Source: a virus
Taxonomy: Duplodnaviria; Caudoviricetes
Reading direction: 5' to 3' (one strand)
Virus record (IMG/VR): IMGVR_UViG_3300027976_000071
Location: 1-44,441 of that record
DNA length: 44,441 bases
Position 1 is the stretch's first letter; each line of letters begins with the position of its first letter. Of this stretch, positions 1 to 9,632 are shown piece by piece. A model generated the notes under the pieces. It did no database searches. It worked only from the letters and a program-made list of their open reading frames with translations, and was not told the origin of the DNA. The position numbers were made by a program, and so were the translations under genes.

Positions 1-1
1 G

Positions 2-280
2 TATAACAACGAGCGATTTAATACTGGTAATACAGACATTGATCTCATCGAGGATACTTATTCTACGGATATTCTTTTCTACGAATTACTACAGGAAGAT
101 GGATTTAAATTGCTTAATGAAGATGGTAAAAGTTTGATGCAAGAATATAGAATTGAAGATGTTCAACCAGCAGCAAATAATGAGTATTTCCAATCAAATG
201 ATCCGATTTTTGGTGATCATACAATTTTTGACTGGTCTGAAGGAAATCCGTTCTCTGAGACGGATGGGGATAGGTACTAA
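2..280 (+). CDS. gp14: neck protein gp14, C-terminal part (truncated by window edge)
   Basis: Open frame YNNERFNTGNTDID...IFDWSEGNPFSETDGDRY*; the D-F/W-SE-NPF ending is typical of gp14; its TAA overlaps the gp15 ATG. Confidence 0.85.
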   Translation, partial: YNNERFNTGNTDIDLIEDTYSTDILFYELLQEDGFKLLNEDGKSLMQEYRIEDVQPAANNEYFQSNDPIFGDHTIFDWSEGNPFSETDGDRY

Positions 281-1119
281 TGTTTGGCGTAGCATATTAT
301 AATGGCACAATACGTAAGCTGGTTATTGGGTTTGGTAATCTGTTTAACGATATAGTAGTGCAAAGAGTAGATGCCGATGGAGTACGCATTCAGTCGATAG
401 CGGTTCCGCTTGGTTATGGACCAAAACAGAAGTGGTTGGCGCGCATTAAAGAAGATCCAAATTTAGAAAAGAAGGTCGCAATAACTATCCCGAGAATTGG
501 GTTTGAAATGACTAGTATGGTTTACACACCTACTAGAAAATTATCATCAACACTCAAAAACATACAGCTTTTAAGTACTGATACAGATAGACTAAAGACT
601 AATTATGTTCCGGTTCCGTATGATTTAACGTTCAATATGTCAATTTTTGTTAAAAATGCTGACGATGGTGCTCAAATACTTGAACAGATTCTTCCGTATT
701 TCAGACCAGAGTTCACTACTAACATTATTCTAGTACCAGAGATGGGAATTGCCGCTGATATTCCTATAGTATTGCAGAATGTTTCACTAGAAGATGCATA
801 TGAAGGCGACTTTGATACGCGCCGATCCCTGGTTTACAGTTTAGATTTTATTATGAAAGCATATTTTTACGGTCCAACATCTACTTCTGGGGTTATTAAA
901 AGAGCAATTACGAATATTCATGACGACTCGGCATCTGGAACTCCTATACTTGAGCGGATTACTGTCACGCCCGCTCAATATGCAAATGGTTCACCGCTAT
1001 TTAGTCCATCTGCAAACTCATCACTATCGGTAAATATTAACTCGATTAGTTCAAATAGTGATTATGGGTTCTCGGTTGATATTGATAGTGATAGTTATAG
1101 TATAGGTATAAATGGATAA
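280..1119 (+). CDS. gp15: tail sheath stabilizer / tail terminator
   Basis: YYNGTIRKLVIGFGNLFNDI, VPLGYGPKQKWLAR and QILEQILPYFRP motifs; synteny gp14-15-16-17. Confidence 0.95.
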   Translation: MFGVAYYNGTIRKLVIGFGNLFNDIVVQRVDADGVRIQSIAVPLGYGPKQKWLARIKEDPNLEKKVAITIPRIGFEMTSMVYTPTRKLSSTLKNIQLLSTDTDRLKTNYVPVPYDLTFNMSIFVKNADDGAQILEQILPYFRPEFTTNIILVPEMGIAADIPIVLQNVSLEDAYEGDFDTRRSLVYSLDFIMKAYFYGPTSTSGVIKRAITNIHDDSASGTPILERITVTPAQYANGSPLFSPSANSSLSVNINSISSNSDYGFSVDIDSDSYSIGING

Positions 1120-1547
1120 TGAAAACAAACCTTGAAAAAAATATGGAGAAAATTTTGAATTTATCAGAAACTACTCCAATGGCTGAAATAATTTCCAACT
1201 CAAACCCAGTAGTAGAAAAACCAGAAACTACGAATGATGATATTGCCGATGATTATGCTTATGCTAGAAAAAACTTAACAGATATTATTGATACCGCCCA
1301 AGGTGCAATTAATAATATGGCTGATATAGCATCTATTTCTGAATCTCCAAGAGCATATGAAGTTCTTTCAACCCTGATTAAAACTGTAGTTGATGCTAAC
1401 CAATCTCTGCTTGTTCTTCAAAAACAACTAAAAGAACTTAAAGGTACTGAGAAGAAACCTAATCCTGATGTAGTGAATAACACAATGTTTATTGGAAGTA
1501 CTGCTGATTTACAGAAGGCTTTAAACCAACTTAAACAAACCACTTAA
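1119..1547 (+). CDS. gp16: terminase small subunit
   Basis: DDYAYARKNL, SESPRAYEV, NNTMFIGSTADLQK; upstream of gp17. Confidence 0.93.
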   Translation: MKTNLEKNMEKILNLSETTPMAEIISNSNPVVEKPETTNDDIADDYAYARKNLTDIIDTAQGAINNMADIASISESPRAYEVLSTLIKTVVDANQSLLVLQKQLKELKGTEKKPNPDVVNNTMFIGSTADLQKALNQLKQTT

Positions 1548-1553
1548 TATGTT

Positions 1554-1604
1554 ATTCAAAGGCGGCAAGGCCTATTATAACCGGTTTGGGTATAAAGTCA
1601 ATAG
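1554..1604 (-). repeat. 51-bp element (copy A, inverted relative to 13782-13832) containing a TTGACT-N16-TATAAT promoter pointing antisense into gp16
   Basis: Reverse complement ctattgactttatacccaaaccggttataataggccttgccgcctttgaat matches 13782-13832 at 49/51 nt. Confidence 0.9.
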
Positions 1605-1619
1605 GAAAAAGAATAAAAA

Positions 1620-3266
1620 ATGATGGATAATGAATATTATCACGGTAATGAAAATATTAAACGTCGGGGTATCTCACAGGAGTTTACAGAAGAACAAGTT
1701 GCCGAATATATAAAATGTTCAGCAGATCCTATTTATTTTATTAAAACTTATGTGAAAATCGTAACTATCGACGAGGGCATAGTTCCGTTTGAGCTCTGGC
1801 CATACCAAGAAGAAATGATTAATACAATTGAATCTGGCCGGTTCACCATTATCAAGGCCCCAAGACAGTCTGGAAAAACACAGGGTATCGCTGGGTTTCT
1901 TCTCCACTATTCGCTATTTAATGATAATAAGCTAATCGCTATTCTTGCTAACAAAGCATCACAAGCTCGCGAGATTTTGGACCGTATCAAAAAAGCATTC
2001 GAGTTGTTACCCGGATGGCTCCAACAGGGGGTGGTGACTTGGAATAAGGGCGATATTGAATACGAGAACGGCTCGAGAATTGTAGCGGATTCAACGAGTA
2101 GCACCGGCGGTCGCGGTAAAGCAGTCGCACTGCTTTATCTTGACGAGTTCTGTTTCGTGCATAAAAATATTCAAGATGATTTTTTCAAGTCTACTTATCC
2201 AACTATTACAAGCGCCAAGACATCAAGATTAGTTATTACATCGACTCCAAACGGATTCGATTTGTTCTATAAGCTTTGGACCGAATCTATAGCCAACAAA
2301 AACTCGTTTAAAAGAGTTCAAGTTGAGTGGGATGATGTACCCGGTAGAGATGAAGAATGGCGCAAAGAAACGATTTCTAATATCGGCGAAGAACAGTTCC
2401 GCGAAGAGTTTGGTACTGAGTTTCTCGGTTCGACGAATACTTTGTTGCCTGGATATGTACTCCAGCGTCTCGCAATGAAGGATCCAATCGAAACTCATTA
2501 CGCTGGATGTTTGCGTATATTCGAACATAAACAACCCGGCAGAGAATATTTTATGACTGTTGATACTTCTCGCGGTAAGGGCATTGATTATTCTGCTTTC
2601 TGTGTGTTTGATGTTTCGTCTGTCCCGTATAAGATAGTCGCCACATATAAATCAAATATCATTGATCCACTAGTTTATCCAGAAGTAATCTATACGGTAG
2701 CGAAACAATATAATAACGCACACACACTGGTTGAAATTAATGATATTGGACAGCAGGTTGCTGATTTATTATTCTATGATTATGAATACGAAAATGTAGT
2801 ATTTACCTCAATAAAGGGCCGGGCTGGACAAGTAATCGGCGGTGGATATGGAACATCGACTCAGCGAGGTGTTCGAACAACAAAACCGGTTAAATCAATT
2901 GGTTGCTCGAATGTTAAAACTATGATCGAGAACGATCAGCTTATTTTCTGGGACTATGACTTGATATATGAATTTTCATGCTTTGTTAAAAAAGGAGCAT
3001 CGTATGAAGCAACCTCTGGTGATCACGACGATTTGGTTATGTGTACAGTGTTATTCGCGTGGGCCACCGGACAGCAATTCTTCAAAGACCTAACAAATAT
3101 AGATATTAGAGCTAAACTCATGGAAGACAGAGAGAGATTATTATTCGACGATATTCTTCCCTTTGGATTCATCGACGATGGTGGGAACGAGGATTTAGAA
3201 GTTACAACTAGTAGTGGTTCTCCTGATTTCTGGGGTGATACAAACAACAAATGGACGGGCTGGTAA
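1620..3266 (+). CDS. gp17: terminase large subunit
   Basis: Walker A APRQSGKT, Walker B LLYLDE, ITSTPNG, nuclease motifs VDTSRG and HDDLVM. Confidence 0.98.
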   Translation: MMDNEYYHGNENIKRRGISQEFTEEQVAEYIKCSADPIYFIKTYVKIVTIDEGIVPFELWPYQEEMINTIESGRFTIIKAPRQSGKTQGIAGFLLHYSLFNDNKLIAILANKASQAREILDRIKKAFELLPGWLQQGVVTWNKGDIEYENGSRIVADSTSSTGGRGKAVALLYLDEFCFVHKNIQDDFFKSTYPTITSAKTSRLVITSTPNGFDLFYKLWTESIANKNSFKRVQVEWDDVPGRDEEWRKETISNIGEEQFREEFGTEFLGSTNTLLPGYVLQRLAMKDPIETHYAGCLRIFEHKQPGREYFMTVDTSRGKGIDYSAFCVFDVSSVPYKIVATYKSNIIDPLVYPEVIYTVAKQYNNAHTLVEINDIGQQVADLLFYDYEYENVVFTSIKGRAGQVIGGGYGTSTQRGVRTTKPVKSIGCSNVKTMIENDQLIFWDYDLIYEFSCFVKKGASYEATSGDHDDLVMCTVLFAWATGQQFFKDLTNIDIRAKLMEDRERLLFDDILPFGFIDDGGNEDLEVTTSSGSPDFWGDTNNKWTGW

Positions 3267-3278
3267 AAACAGTATTTT

Positions 3279-3286
3279 TATAAATA
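3279..3286 (+). promoter_or_regulatory. T4-type late promoter
   Basis: TATAAATA upstream of gp18. Confidence 0.85.
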
Positions 3287-3335
3287 ATCATAATAATTGT
3301 TTTAAATAAACACCCAAGACAATGAGGAGAAGAAA

Positions 3336-5306
3336 ATGTCCTTTCAAGTTTCACCAGGCGTTAATGTAAGCGAAATTGATCTAACCACAGTAATTCCGGC
3401 CGTTTCTACAACAGTTGGTGCTATCGCAGGGCGATTCAATTGGGGCCCAGCCGACCAGCGCGTCTTCGTAGACTCAGAAGATACTCTACGCGATAATCTC
3501 GGAAAGCCAGACTCTGATAACTACCAAGAATGGTTCACGGCTGCGAATTTCCTTGCGTATGGAAATGCACTGTTTGTGTCTCGTGTATTGAATAGCGCAA
3601 ACAATGCTAATGGTAATGCATGGAGTAATACGCTGGTAAAAAACAGTAGCGATTATGAGAATAACTATTCTTCTGGTGTTACCAACTCTGGCGACTGGGT
3701 AGCAAAATATCCCGGCGCGCTCGGTAACTCACTTAAAATTTCTGTCTGTCAATCAGCAAATGCTTGGTCGTCAACTGCAACTGCTAACCTAGTATTTCAA
3801 GCCGGAAGCACAACTGTTCTCACGAAAGGCGCCAACACGGACGTGTTGCTTACGTCGGGTGCAGCAATTAATCTAACTGGGGTTATTGCTGTTGGCGATA
3901 TTCTGTTTCTTCAGACATCAGCTATTAATCTTGGTGACGGTCTAAAGGTTGCATCTGTAAATACGACTGCAATCGTTGTAGAGACTGCACCAACACAGAC
4001 ACAACTCAGCACAACAAACGACACTTCATATGTTAAATCGGCCGCAGTCAGTCGTCGCTGGGAATATTTCAACCTGTTTGATTCTGCGCCGGGAACATCA
4101 ACTTTCGCGACTGGCAAGGGCGGAGCAAACGATGAGCTTCATGTAGCAGTAATTGATGAAGACGGTAGTATCACTGGAACGGTTAAGCAAGTTCTTGAGC
4201 GGTACCCTTCACTATCGCGGGCGACGGACGCAAAAGCAACTGATGGATCCGCTATCTATTACAAAGAGGTTCTTAATCAGCGGTCGCCTTGGGTTTGGTG
4301 GGCTTCTCATGTCGATGTTATGACTGCCGCCGGCGGCCTTTCATCTGTAACATATTCGGTTACAAGCGATAAGGCTCAGTCAGTATCATTGTCTGGTGGA
4401 TCAGATGGTGCCGCACCGACGAACGCACAGATTGTCACTGGATATAACTTCTTCCAATCTGCCGAAGATGTGGATGTTTCACTTATTCTTGGCGGAGATA
4501 ATAACTCAACTGTTCTTACTCATATCATCAACAACATCTGCGAAACGCGACTTGACAGTATCGTTTGCCTATCGCCGGAAAATGCTGATGTTGTGAATAA
4601 CTCAACATATGCGGGCAAAGAAGCAGAAGACGTTATCGCTTTCCGCAACACACTACCATCAAGCTCATATGCAGTCATGGATAGTGGTTGGAAATACCAG
4701 TACGACAAATACAATGACGTATATCGTTATGTGCCAATGAACGGCGATACTGCCGGACTTATGGTTCGTACCGATACGGTTCGCGATCCTTGGTTCTCGC
4801 CTGCTGGCTTCAACCGCGGTAATATTAAGAACGTTGTAAAACTTTCTTATAACCCAAAGAAATCAGAACGCGATCTGCTTTATAAAGCCGGTGTGAACCC
4901 AGTAGTTACATTCCCGGGTCAGGGAACTGTACTGTTCGGCGACAAAACCATGCTGTCAAAGCCAAGTGCCTTCGATAGAATTAATGTTCGTCGCTTGTTT
5001 ATTGTACTTGAAAAGGCAATAGCGACAGCATCTAAATTCACTCTGTTCGAATTTAACGATGCGTTTACTCGCTCGCAGTTCAAAAATCTCGTGGAACCAT
5101 TCCTACGAGATGTTCAGGGCCGTCGCGGTGTTGTTGATTTCCGTGTAATCTGCAATGAAACTAATAACACAGCCGAAGTGATCGACCGTAACGAATTTGT
5201 TGGTGATATCTACATTAAGCCAGCAAGAAGTATCAATTTTATCCAACTGAACTTTGTCGCGGTTCGTTCTGGTGTAGAATTTGACGAAATTGTCGGAAAC
5301 TTTTAA
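3336..5306 (+). CDS. gp18: tail sheath protein
   Basis: MSFQVSPGVNVSEIDLT, PWFSPAGFNRG, FDRINVRRLF, IYIKPARSINFIQLNF. Confidence 0.98.
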   Translation: MSFQVSPGVNVSEIDLTTVIPAVSTTVGAIAGRFNWGPADQRVFVDSEDTLRDNLGKPDSDNYQEWFTAANFLAYGNALFVSRVLNSANNANGNAWSNTLVKNSSDYENNYSSGVTNSGDWVAKYPGALGNSLKISVCQSANAWSSTATANLVFQAGSTTVLTKGANTDVLLTSGAAINLTGVIAVGDILFLQTSAINLGDGLKVASVNTTAIVVETAPTQTQLSTTNDTSYVKSAAVSRRWEYFNLFDSAPGTSTFATGKGGANDELHVAVIDEDGSITGTVKQVLERYPSLSRATDAKATDGSAIYYKEVLNQRSPWVWWASHVDVMTAAGGLSSVTYSVTSDKAQSVSLSGGSDGAAPTNAQIVTGYNFFQSAEDVDVSLILGGDNNSTVLTHIINNICETRLDSIVCLSPENADVVNNSTYAGKEAEDVIAFRNTLPSSSYAVMDSGWKYQYDKYNDVYRYVPMNGDTAGLMVRTDTVRDPWFSPAGFNRGNIKNVVKLSYNPKKSERDLLYKAGVNPVVTFPGQGTVLFGDKTMLSKPSAFDRINVRRLFIVLEKAIATASKFTLFEFNDAFTRSQFKNLVEPFLRDVQGRRGVVDFRVICNETNNTAEVIDRNEFVGDIYIKPARSINFIQLNFVAVRSGVEFDEIVGNF

Positions 5307-5330
5307 GTTTTAAACTAGGAGAAAATTTAA

Positions 5331-5882
5331 ATGCCATTTAACATAAATGAATTCCAAGGTCAGATGACTGGTGGTGGCGCTCGGCCGTCACTATTTGAAG
5401 TAAATCTAACTAATCCGTTCAATTCGTCTGCTGACGATAAGGTCAGGTTTATGTGCCGAGCTTCACAGATTCCCGCCACCTCGATTACCCCAATTTCAGT
5501 AAGTTATTTCGGTCGGCCAATCAAATTTGCCGGAAATAGAGTATTCGAAGATTGGCAAGTCACTATCATCAACGATGAAGACTTTTCTATTCGTAGTACG
5601 CTAGAAGAATGGGTTCAGAATATCAATAGTACTAAGGGCAACCTCAGACTTACTGGCGCTAGTCCAGAAGCATATAAGTCACAGGCATCAGTAATTCATT
5701 ACGGTAAGCAGGGCAATATTCTTCGCGAATATACATTCGTTGGTATGTTTCCAGTAAATATCGCAGCGATTGATCTTGACTGGAACAATGGAGATCAGAT
5801 TGAAGAATACTCAACAGTATTCACATACGACTATTTCACAGTTGATAATAGCAACCAATTCTCGGTCGGTATAAACTTCTAA
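5331..5882 (+). CDS. gp19: tail tube protein
   Basis: GGARPSLFEV, GRPIKFAGNRVFEDW, IEEYSTVFTYDY. Confidence 0.97.
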   Translation: MPFNINEFQGQMTGGGARPSLFEVNLTNPFNSSADDKVRFMCRASQIPATSITPISVSYFGRPIKFAGNRVFEDWQVTIINDEDFSIRSTLEEWVQNINSTKGNLRLTGASPEAYKSQASVIHYGKQGNILREYTFVGMFPVNIAAIDLDWNNGDQIEEYSTVFTYDYFTVDNSNQFSVGINF

Positions 5883-5903
5883 TATACTTTCTATGCATGA
5901 ACG

Positions 5904-5926
5904 AGGGGGCTTCGGCCCCCTTTTTT
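5904..5926 (+). terminator. rho-independent terminator
   Basis: agggggc-ttcg-gccccct hairpin with UUCG loop, followed by a T tract. Confidence 0.9.
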
Positions 5927-5940
5927 GTTGGTAATAGTAT

Positions 5941-5948
5941 TATAAATA
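5941..5948 (+). promoter_or_regulatory. T4-type late promoter
   Basis: TATAAATA upstream of gp20. Confidence 0.85.
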
Positions 5949-5955
5949 CATGTAA

Positions 5956-7641
5956 TTGGCTTATAAGGACTATAAAATGGAAATGTTTGGTTTCGAGGTT
6001 GTTCGGAAAAACAAAAAGGATAACGACGATCTACTCCCGTCAATTGTTCCACCCTCGAATGATGATGGTTCTATAGAAGTTGCACCGGGCGGTGCATATG
6101 GGACGTACGTTGATCTTGAAGGCAAATCAAAAACTGAGGGCGAGCTTGTAAATCGATATAGAGACATGTCGATCCAGGCAGAATGTGATGCTGCTATTCA
6201 AGACGTTGTAAATGAAGCTATTGTTGTCGGCGTAGACGAGGGTCCTATAAAAATAGTTCTCGACAAACTAGAATATCCGGAAGCAATCAAAGATAAAATA
6301 CGCGAAGAATTCGAAAAGATTCTTGAAATCATGGACTTTAATAATAACTGCTATGATATTTTTAAAAAGTGGTACATCGATGGTCGGCTTTACTATCACA
6401 TCGTTATTGATGAAAAAAATACATCTGCCGGAATCAAAGACCTAAGATATATCGATCCGCGTAAAATACGCAAAATCAAAGAACCAATTAAAAGAAGAGA
6501 CCCGAAAACTGGAGCCACGGTCTATGTTGGTGTGAATGAATACTACATGTATAACGCAACTGGATTATCAACGCAGAACACAACGCACGGCCTTAAAATT
6601 GCTAAGGATTCTATTTGCTATGTTCACTCTGGCGTGTTTGATCTAAAAAACAATCTCATTTACTCGCATCTACATAAAGCAATCAAACCACTTAATCAGC
6701 TTCGGATGCTTGAGGATGCGGTCGTTATCTATCGTTTGGCCAGAGCACCAGAGCGTAGAATTTTTTATATTGATGTTGGTAATTTGCCGAAAGCAAAGGC
6801 CGAACAGTATATGCGCGACATGATGGTGAAGCACAAAAATAAACTAACATATGATGCTACTACTGGAGAAATCCGGGATGATCGCAAATTTATGACTATG
6901 TTAGAGGACTTCTGGCTACCTCGCCGCGAGGGAGGAAGAGGTACAGAAATCACTACACTTCCATCTGGCGCAAATCTCGGCGAAATGGATGATGTTGATT
7001 ACTTCCGTCGTAAAATGTATAAGTCACTAAATGTGCCTGTTACTCGTATGGAATCAGAAAACCAGTTTAATATCGGTCGTGGAACTGAAATAACACGCGA
7101 TGAAATTAAATTCAGTAAATTCATTAAAAGGCTCCGTGCTAGATTTTCTGTTCTATTTGACAATCTTCTTGAAACTCAACTTATTCTTAAGGGCGTTCTA
7201 TCGAAAAAAGATTGGAAGGAGATCAAGCAAAAAGTATACTATGACTTTATTGAAGATAATCATTTCTCTGAACTTAAAGACACAGAAATGCTTCGGGAAC
7301 GGCTTCAGTTGGCCGGCGAAGCAGATGGATTCGTGGGTAAATATTTCTCTGAGGAATATATAATGTTGAAGATTCTTCGCTTCACTGAAGATGAAGTTAA
7401 GAATATGAAAAAGCAGATGGATAAAGAAAAGGACGAGAACAAAGATGAGTTTGAGGATGACCAGGCAGAAGATGTTCCGCCTAAAAAGCAAGAACAACCA
7501 GCTCCAAAACTCGCGGTTAAAGAAGAAATGTTCATTTTGGAACAAGCTAGTATAGACGAGGATCAACAAGAACTTATAGACCGTATGACTGCTGTAATGG
7601 CTGAGGTAGCAGATGAGGAACACGGCGTGCCAGTCGTTTAA
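5956..7641 (+). CDS. gp20: portal protein (start may be ATG 5977)
   Basis: WYIDGRLYYH, LEDAVVIYRLARAPERRIFYIDVGNLPK, EDFWLPRREGGRGTEITTL. Confidence 0.98.
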   Translation: MAYKDYKMEMFGFEVVRKNKKDNDDLLPSIVPPSNDDGSIEVAPGGAYGTYVDLEGKSKTEGELVNRYRDMSIQAECDAAIQDVVNEAIVVGVDEGPIKIVLDKLEYPEAIKDKIREEFEKILEIMDFNNNCYDIFKKWYIDGRLYYHIVIDEKNTSAGIKDLRYIDPRKIRKIKEPIKRRDPKTGATVYVGVNEYYMYNATGLSTQNTTHGLKIAKDSICYVHSGVFDLKNNLIYSHLHKAIKPLNQLRMLEDAVVIYRLARAPERRIFYIDVGNLPKAKAEQYMRDMMVKHKNKLTYDATTGEIRDDRKFMTMLEDFWLPRREGGRGTEITTLPSGANLGEMDDVDYFRRKMYKSLNVPVTRMESENQFNIGRGTEITRDEIKFSKFIKRLRARFSVLFDNLLETQLILKGVLSKKDWKEIKQKVYYDFIEDNHFSELKDTEMLRERLQLAGEADGFVGKYFSEEYIMLKILRFTEDEVKNMKKQMDKEKDENKDEFEDDQAEDVPPKKQEQPAPKLAVKEEMFILEQASIDEDQQELIDRMTAVMAEVADEEHGVPVV

Positions 7642-7714
7642 GATACAATGTCTAGCGAAGAAAAGGCTCTAATTGAAAGCATGACGAAATTCATAGATAG
7701 CAATACATAAAATT

Positions 7715-7892
7715 ATGATTGAGCAAACAAAACTCCTTGCTTTTGTTATTAAATACATAAAAAGAACTTGTTAGAGTTAACGATAAGCTTAAGGATATTC
7801 AATTAACACGTGGGCCTCTATGTCGTGGTGGAGGGCGCGGGCACTCTCGGAACCACCGTCACGTTCGACTAACTACACCGCTAAGCTTATAA
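7715..7892 (+). pseudogene. possible frameshifted gene remnant between gp20 and the prohead core genes
   Basis: MIEQTKLLAFVIKYIK continues plausibly as ELVRVNDKLKDIQLTRGP only after a frame change in an A-run. Confidence 0.3.
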
Positions 7893-7911
7893 AACCCGGG
7901 TTTTCTTAATT

Positions 7912-7919
7912 TATAAATA
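7912..7919 (+). promoter_or_regulatory. T4-type late promoter
   Basis: TATAAATA upstream of the 7945 ORF. Confidence 0.85.
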
Positions 7920-7944
7920 TACTTAAATACAATGGAGACATATT

Positions 7945-8130
7945 ATGAACGATGAACTTAGAGATGCAATTCTTGCGCTTCAAGATGGAGATTCAACTAC
8001 ATTCAGAAACGTAGTAAAAGATACGCTTATATCAAAAGCAATGGACGAAATTGAATCTAGACGTGTAACTGCTGGTCAGTTGGTTTTTGCTGATGACACA
8101 GAAGGAGAAAGTTCTGATGAAGACATTTAA
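7945..8130 (+). CDS. small acidic prohead core protein (gp67-like by position)
   Basis: 61 aa acidic ORF with GGAG RBS, after a late promoter, between gp20 and gp21. Confidence 0.65.
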   Translation: MNDELRDAILALQDGDSTTFRNVVKDTLISKAMDEIESRRVTAGQLVFADDTEGESSDEDI

Positions 8131-9244
8131 GAAATTGCTTGAGATGGGTTCGCCTGCTCAGGATTTCAAAATCAAAAAAGATACTGATGATGAAGTAAAA
8201 GACTTTAAGCCACGGTCAAAAGGCGAGGAAGATTTTAAAAATGCACATAAAACAAAAAAGACCGGGCACCCAGTTGCTACTGAAATTCAGTTTTCTGGCG
8301 GCACGAAATCGGTTGGTCCACATAAAGGTGCCGAAAAGGCCGGCGAAAAGCAGTTAACTTCTTTTGCTCGGTTTGCAGCACTCGGTGGGAAGATAGGTTC
8401 TCAATATCATGGTATGAGTGTGCCAGCTGGAGAAAAAACAACTGTTATGCAGGGCTCATCTCGTATTAAAGAAGAAATCGAGCTTGACGAAGAATATCAG
8501 AAGCAAAATAAAAGATATCATGCTGATGCTATTAAACAAGCAACTCGTATGCTCGCGGTTCTCAAAGATTTAGATCCTAGTTACGAATCGAAGCATACGC
8601 TACGCATGGTTCAGGATTTCACAGATAACCTAGAAAATTCTCTTGATTATCAGGTCGAGCGTGAGAAGCGCGAAGGTATGTACGAAGGTACTGACCTTGC
8701 TGAAGTAACAAAAGGATATATTAATTTGGGTGGTTCTAAAGTAAAGGATGATGAAAAATCTATACTTCAACACATTAAGAAAACTTTTCCTAATGTGAAT
8801 AAAGTTAAAAAAGACCCACGACATGGTTGGATTCCAGTATTTGAAGAAGTTGACCTTGCTGAACTGTCAAGAAAGACACTTGGTAGATATGTTAAAGGCG
8901 CGGCAAGAGACCGCGGCGCTGCTGGGGTTGAAGTCGGACGCCCATCGCGGCAATACTCGCGCGCCGATTCCGCTGAAGCACGAATGAGAAAACGTCAGCA
9001 TGGCATTGAAACCGCCGCCGATAAGTTGACACGTGAAGAAACAGAACTTGATGAAATGTTCAAAGCCGGTACACTAAAACTAAGATCTGGTGAGACTGTT
9101 AAGGTCGACGAAACAACAGCCTCTGCTCTTAATACAGCAATAGATCAACTTAACGGCGCGAATAAAAAGAAGATGGAAACCGAATCTATGAAAGATAAGT
9201 CTTCATTTGACCGTATTTCCAAATTTGCTAAATCAGTAGCATAA
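8117..9244 (+). CDS. modular prohead core / internal head protein
   Basis: Likely start MKTFKKLLE (resembles the T4 capsid-targeting sequence); repeated EExxLxE junctions; lies in the head operon. Confidence 0.7.
   Translation: MKTFKKLLEMGSPAQDFKIKKDTDDEVKDFKPRSKGEEDFKNAHKTKKTGHPVATEIQFSGGTKSVGPHKGAEKAGEKQLTSFARFAALGGKIGSQYHGMSVPAGEKTTVMQGSSRIKEEIELDEEYQKQNKRYHADAIKQATRMLAVLKDLDPSYESKHTLRMVQDFTDNLENSLDYQVEREKREGMYEGTDLAEVTKGYINLGGSKVKDDEKSILQHIKKTFPNVNKVKKDPRHGWIPVFEEVDLAELSRKTLGRYVKGAARDRGAAGVEVGRPSRQYSRADSAEARMRKRQHGIETAADKLTREETELDEMFKAGTLKLRSGETVKVDETTASALNTAIDQLNGANKKKMETESMKDKSSFDRISKFAKSVA
8860..9040 (+). repeat. coding cassette shared with 43559-43730
   Basis: 38-nt identical block (8879-8916 = 43578-43615) and 50/52-nt block (8989-9040 vs 43679-43730) around divergent cores. 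Confidence 0.9.
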
Positions 9245-9253
9245 GGACAAGTC

Positions 9254-9631
9254 ATGGGACAAAGAATAACAGTCAATCAGACTAAAGGCGGACTTGGTTC
9301 TGGTATTATAGTGGTTACTGCTAATACTACTGGGTATCTCTCAACGACCGCAAACGCTCCTGCCGGGTTCAGAGCTAATACAGCAGGAGAAACCATTTCT
9401 GCTATGCGTATCGCAGAAGTTGCTTGGTCGGGTGCCGCGGCATCAACACTTACTATTAGTCGTGGAGGCAACACAGTTTGGGTCGGATACGGAACTGGCT
9501 ATGTAGATTTTCAAGCAAATCAAATGCGACTTGAGGCTTCTACTGGCGGTGATGCTCTGGCTAACGTAGTATTTCAGACCGCCGGCAATATGAATTTTGT
9601 GATTAAATTACACAAATCGTCGGGAGCATAA
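9254..9631 (+). CDS. hypothetical virion protein
   Basis: 125 aa G/T/A-rich ORF with AGGA RBS, immediately before gp21. Confidence 0.65.
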   Translation: MGQRITVNQTKGGLGSGIIVVTANTTGYLSTTANAPAGFRANTAGETISAMRIAEVAWSGAAASTLTISRGGNTVWVGYGTGYVDFQANQMRLEASTGGDALANVVFQTAGNMNFVIKLHKSSGA

Positions 9632-9632
9632 A

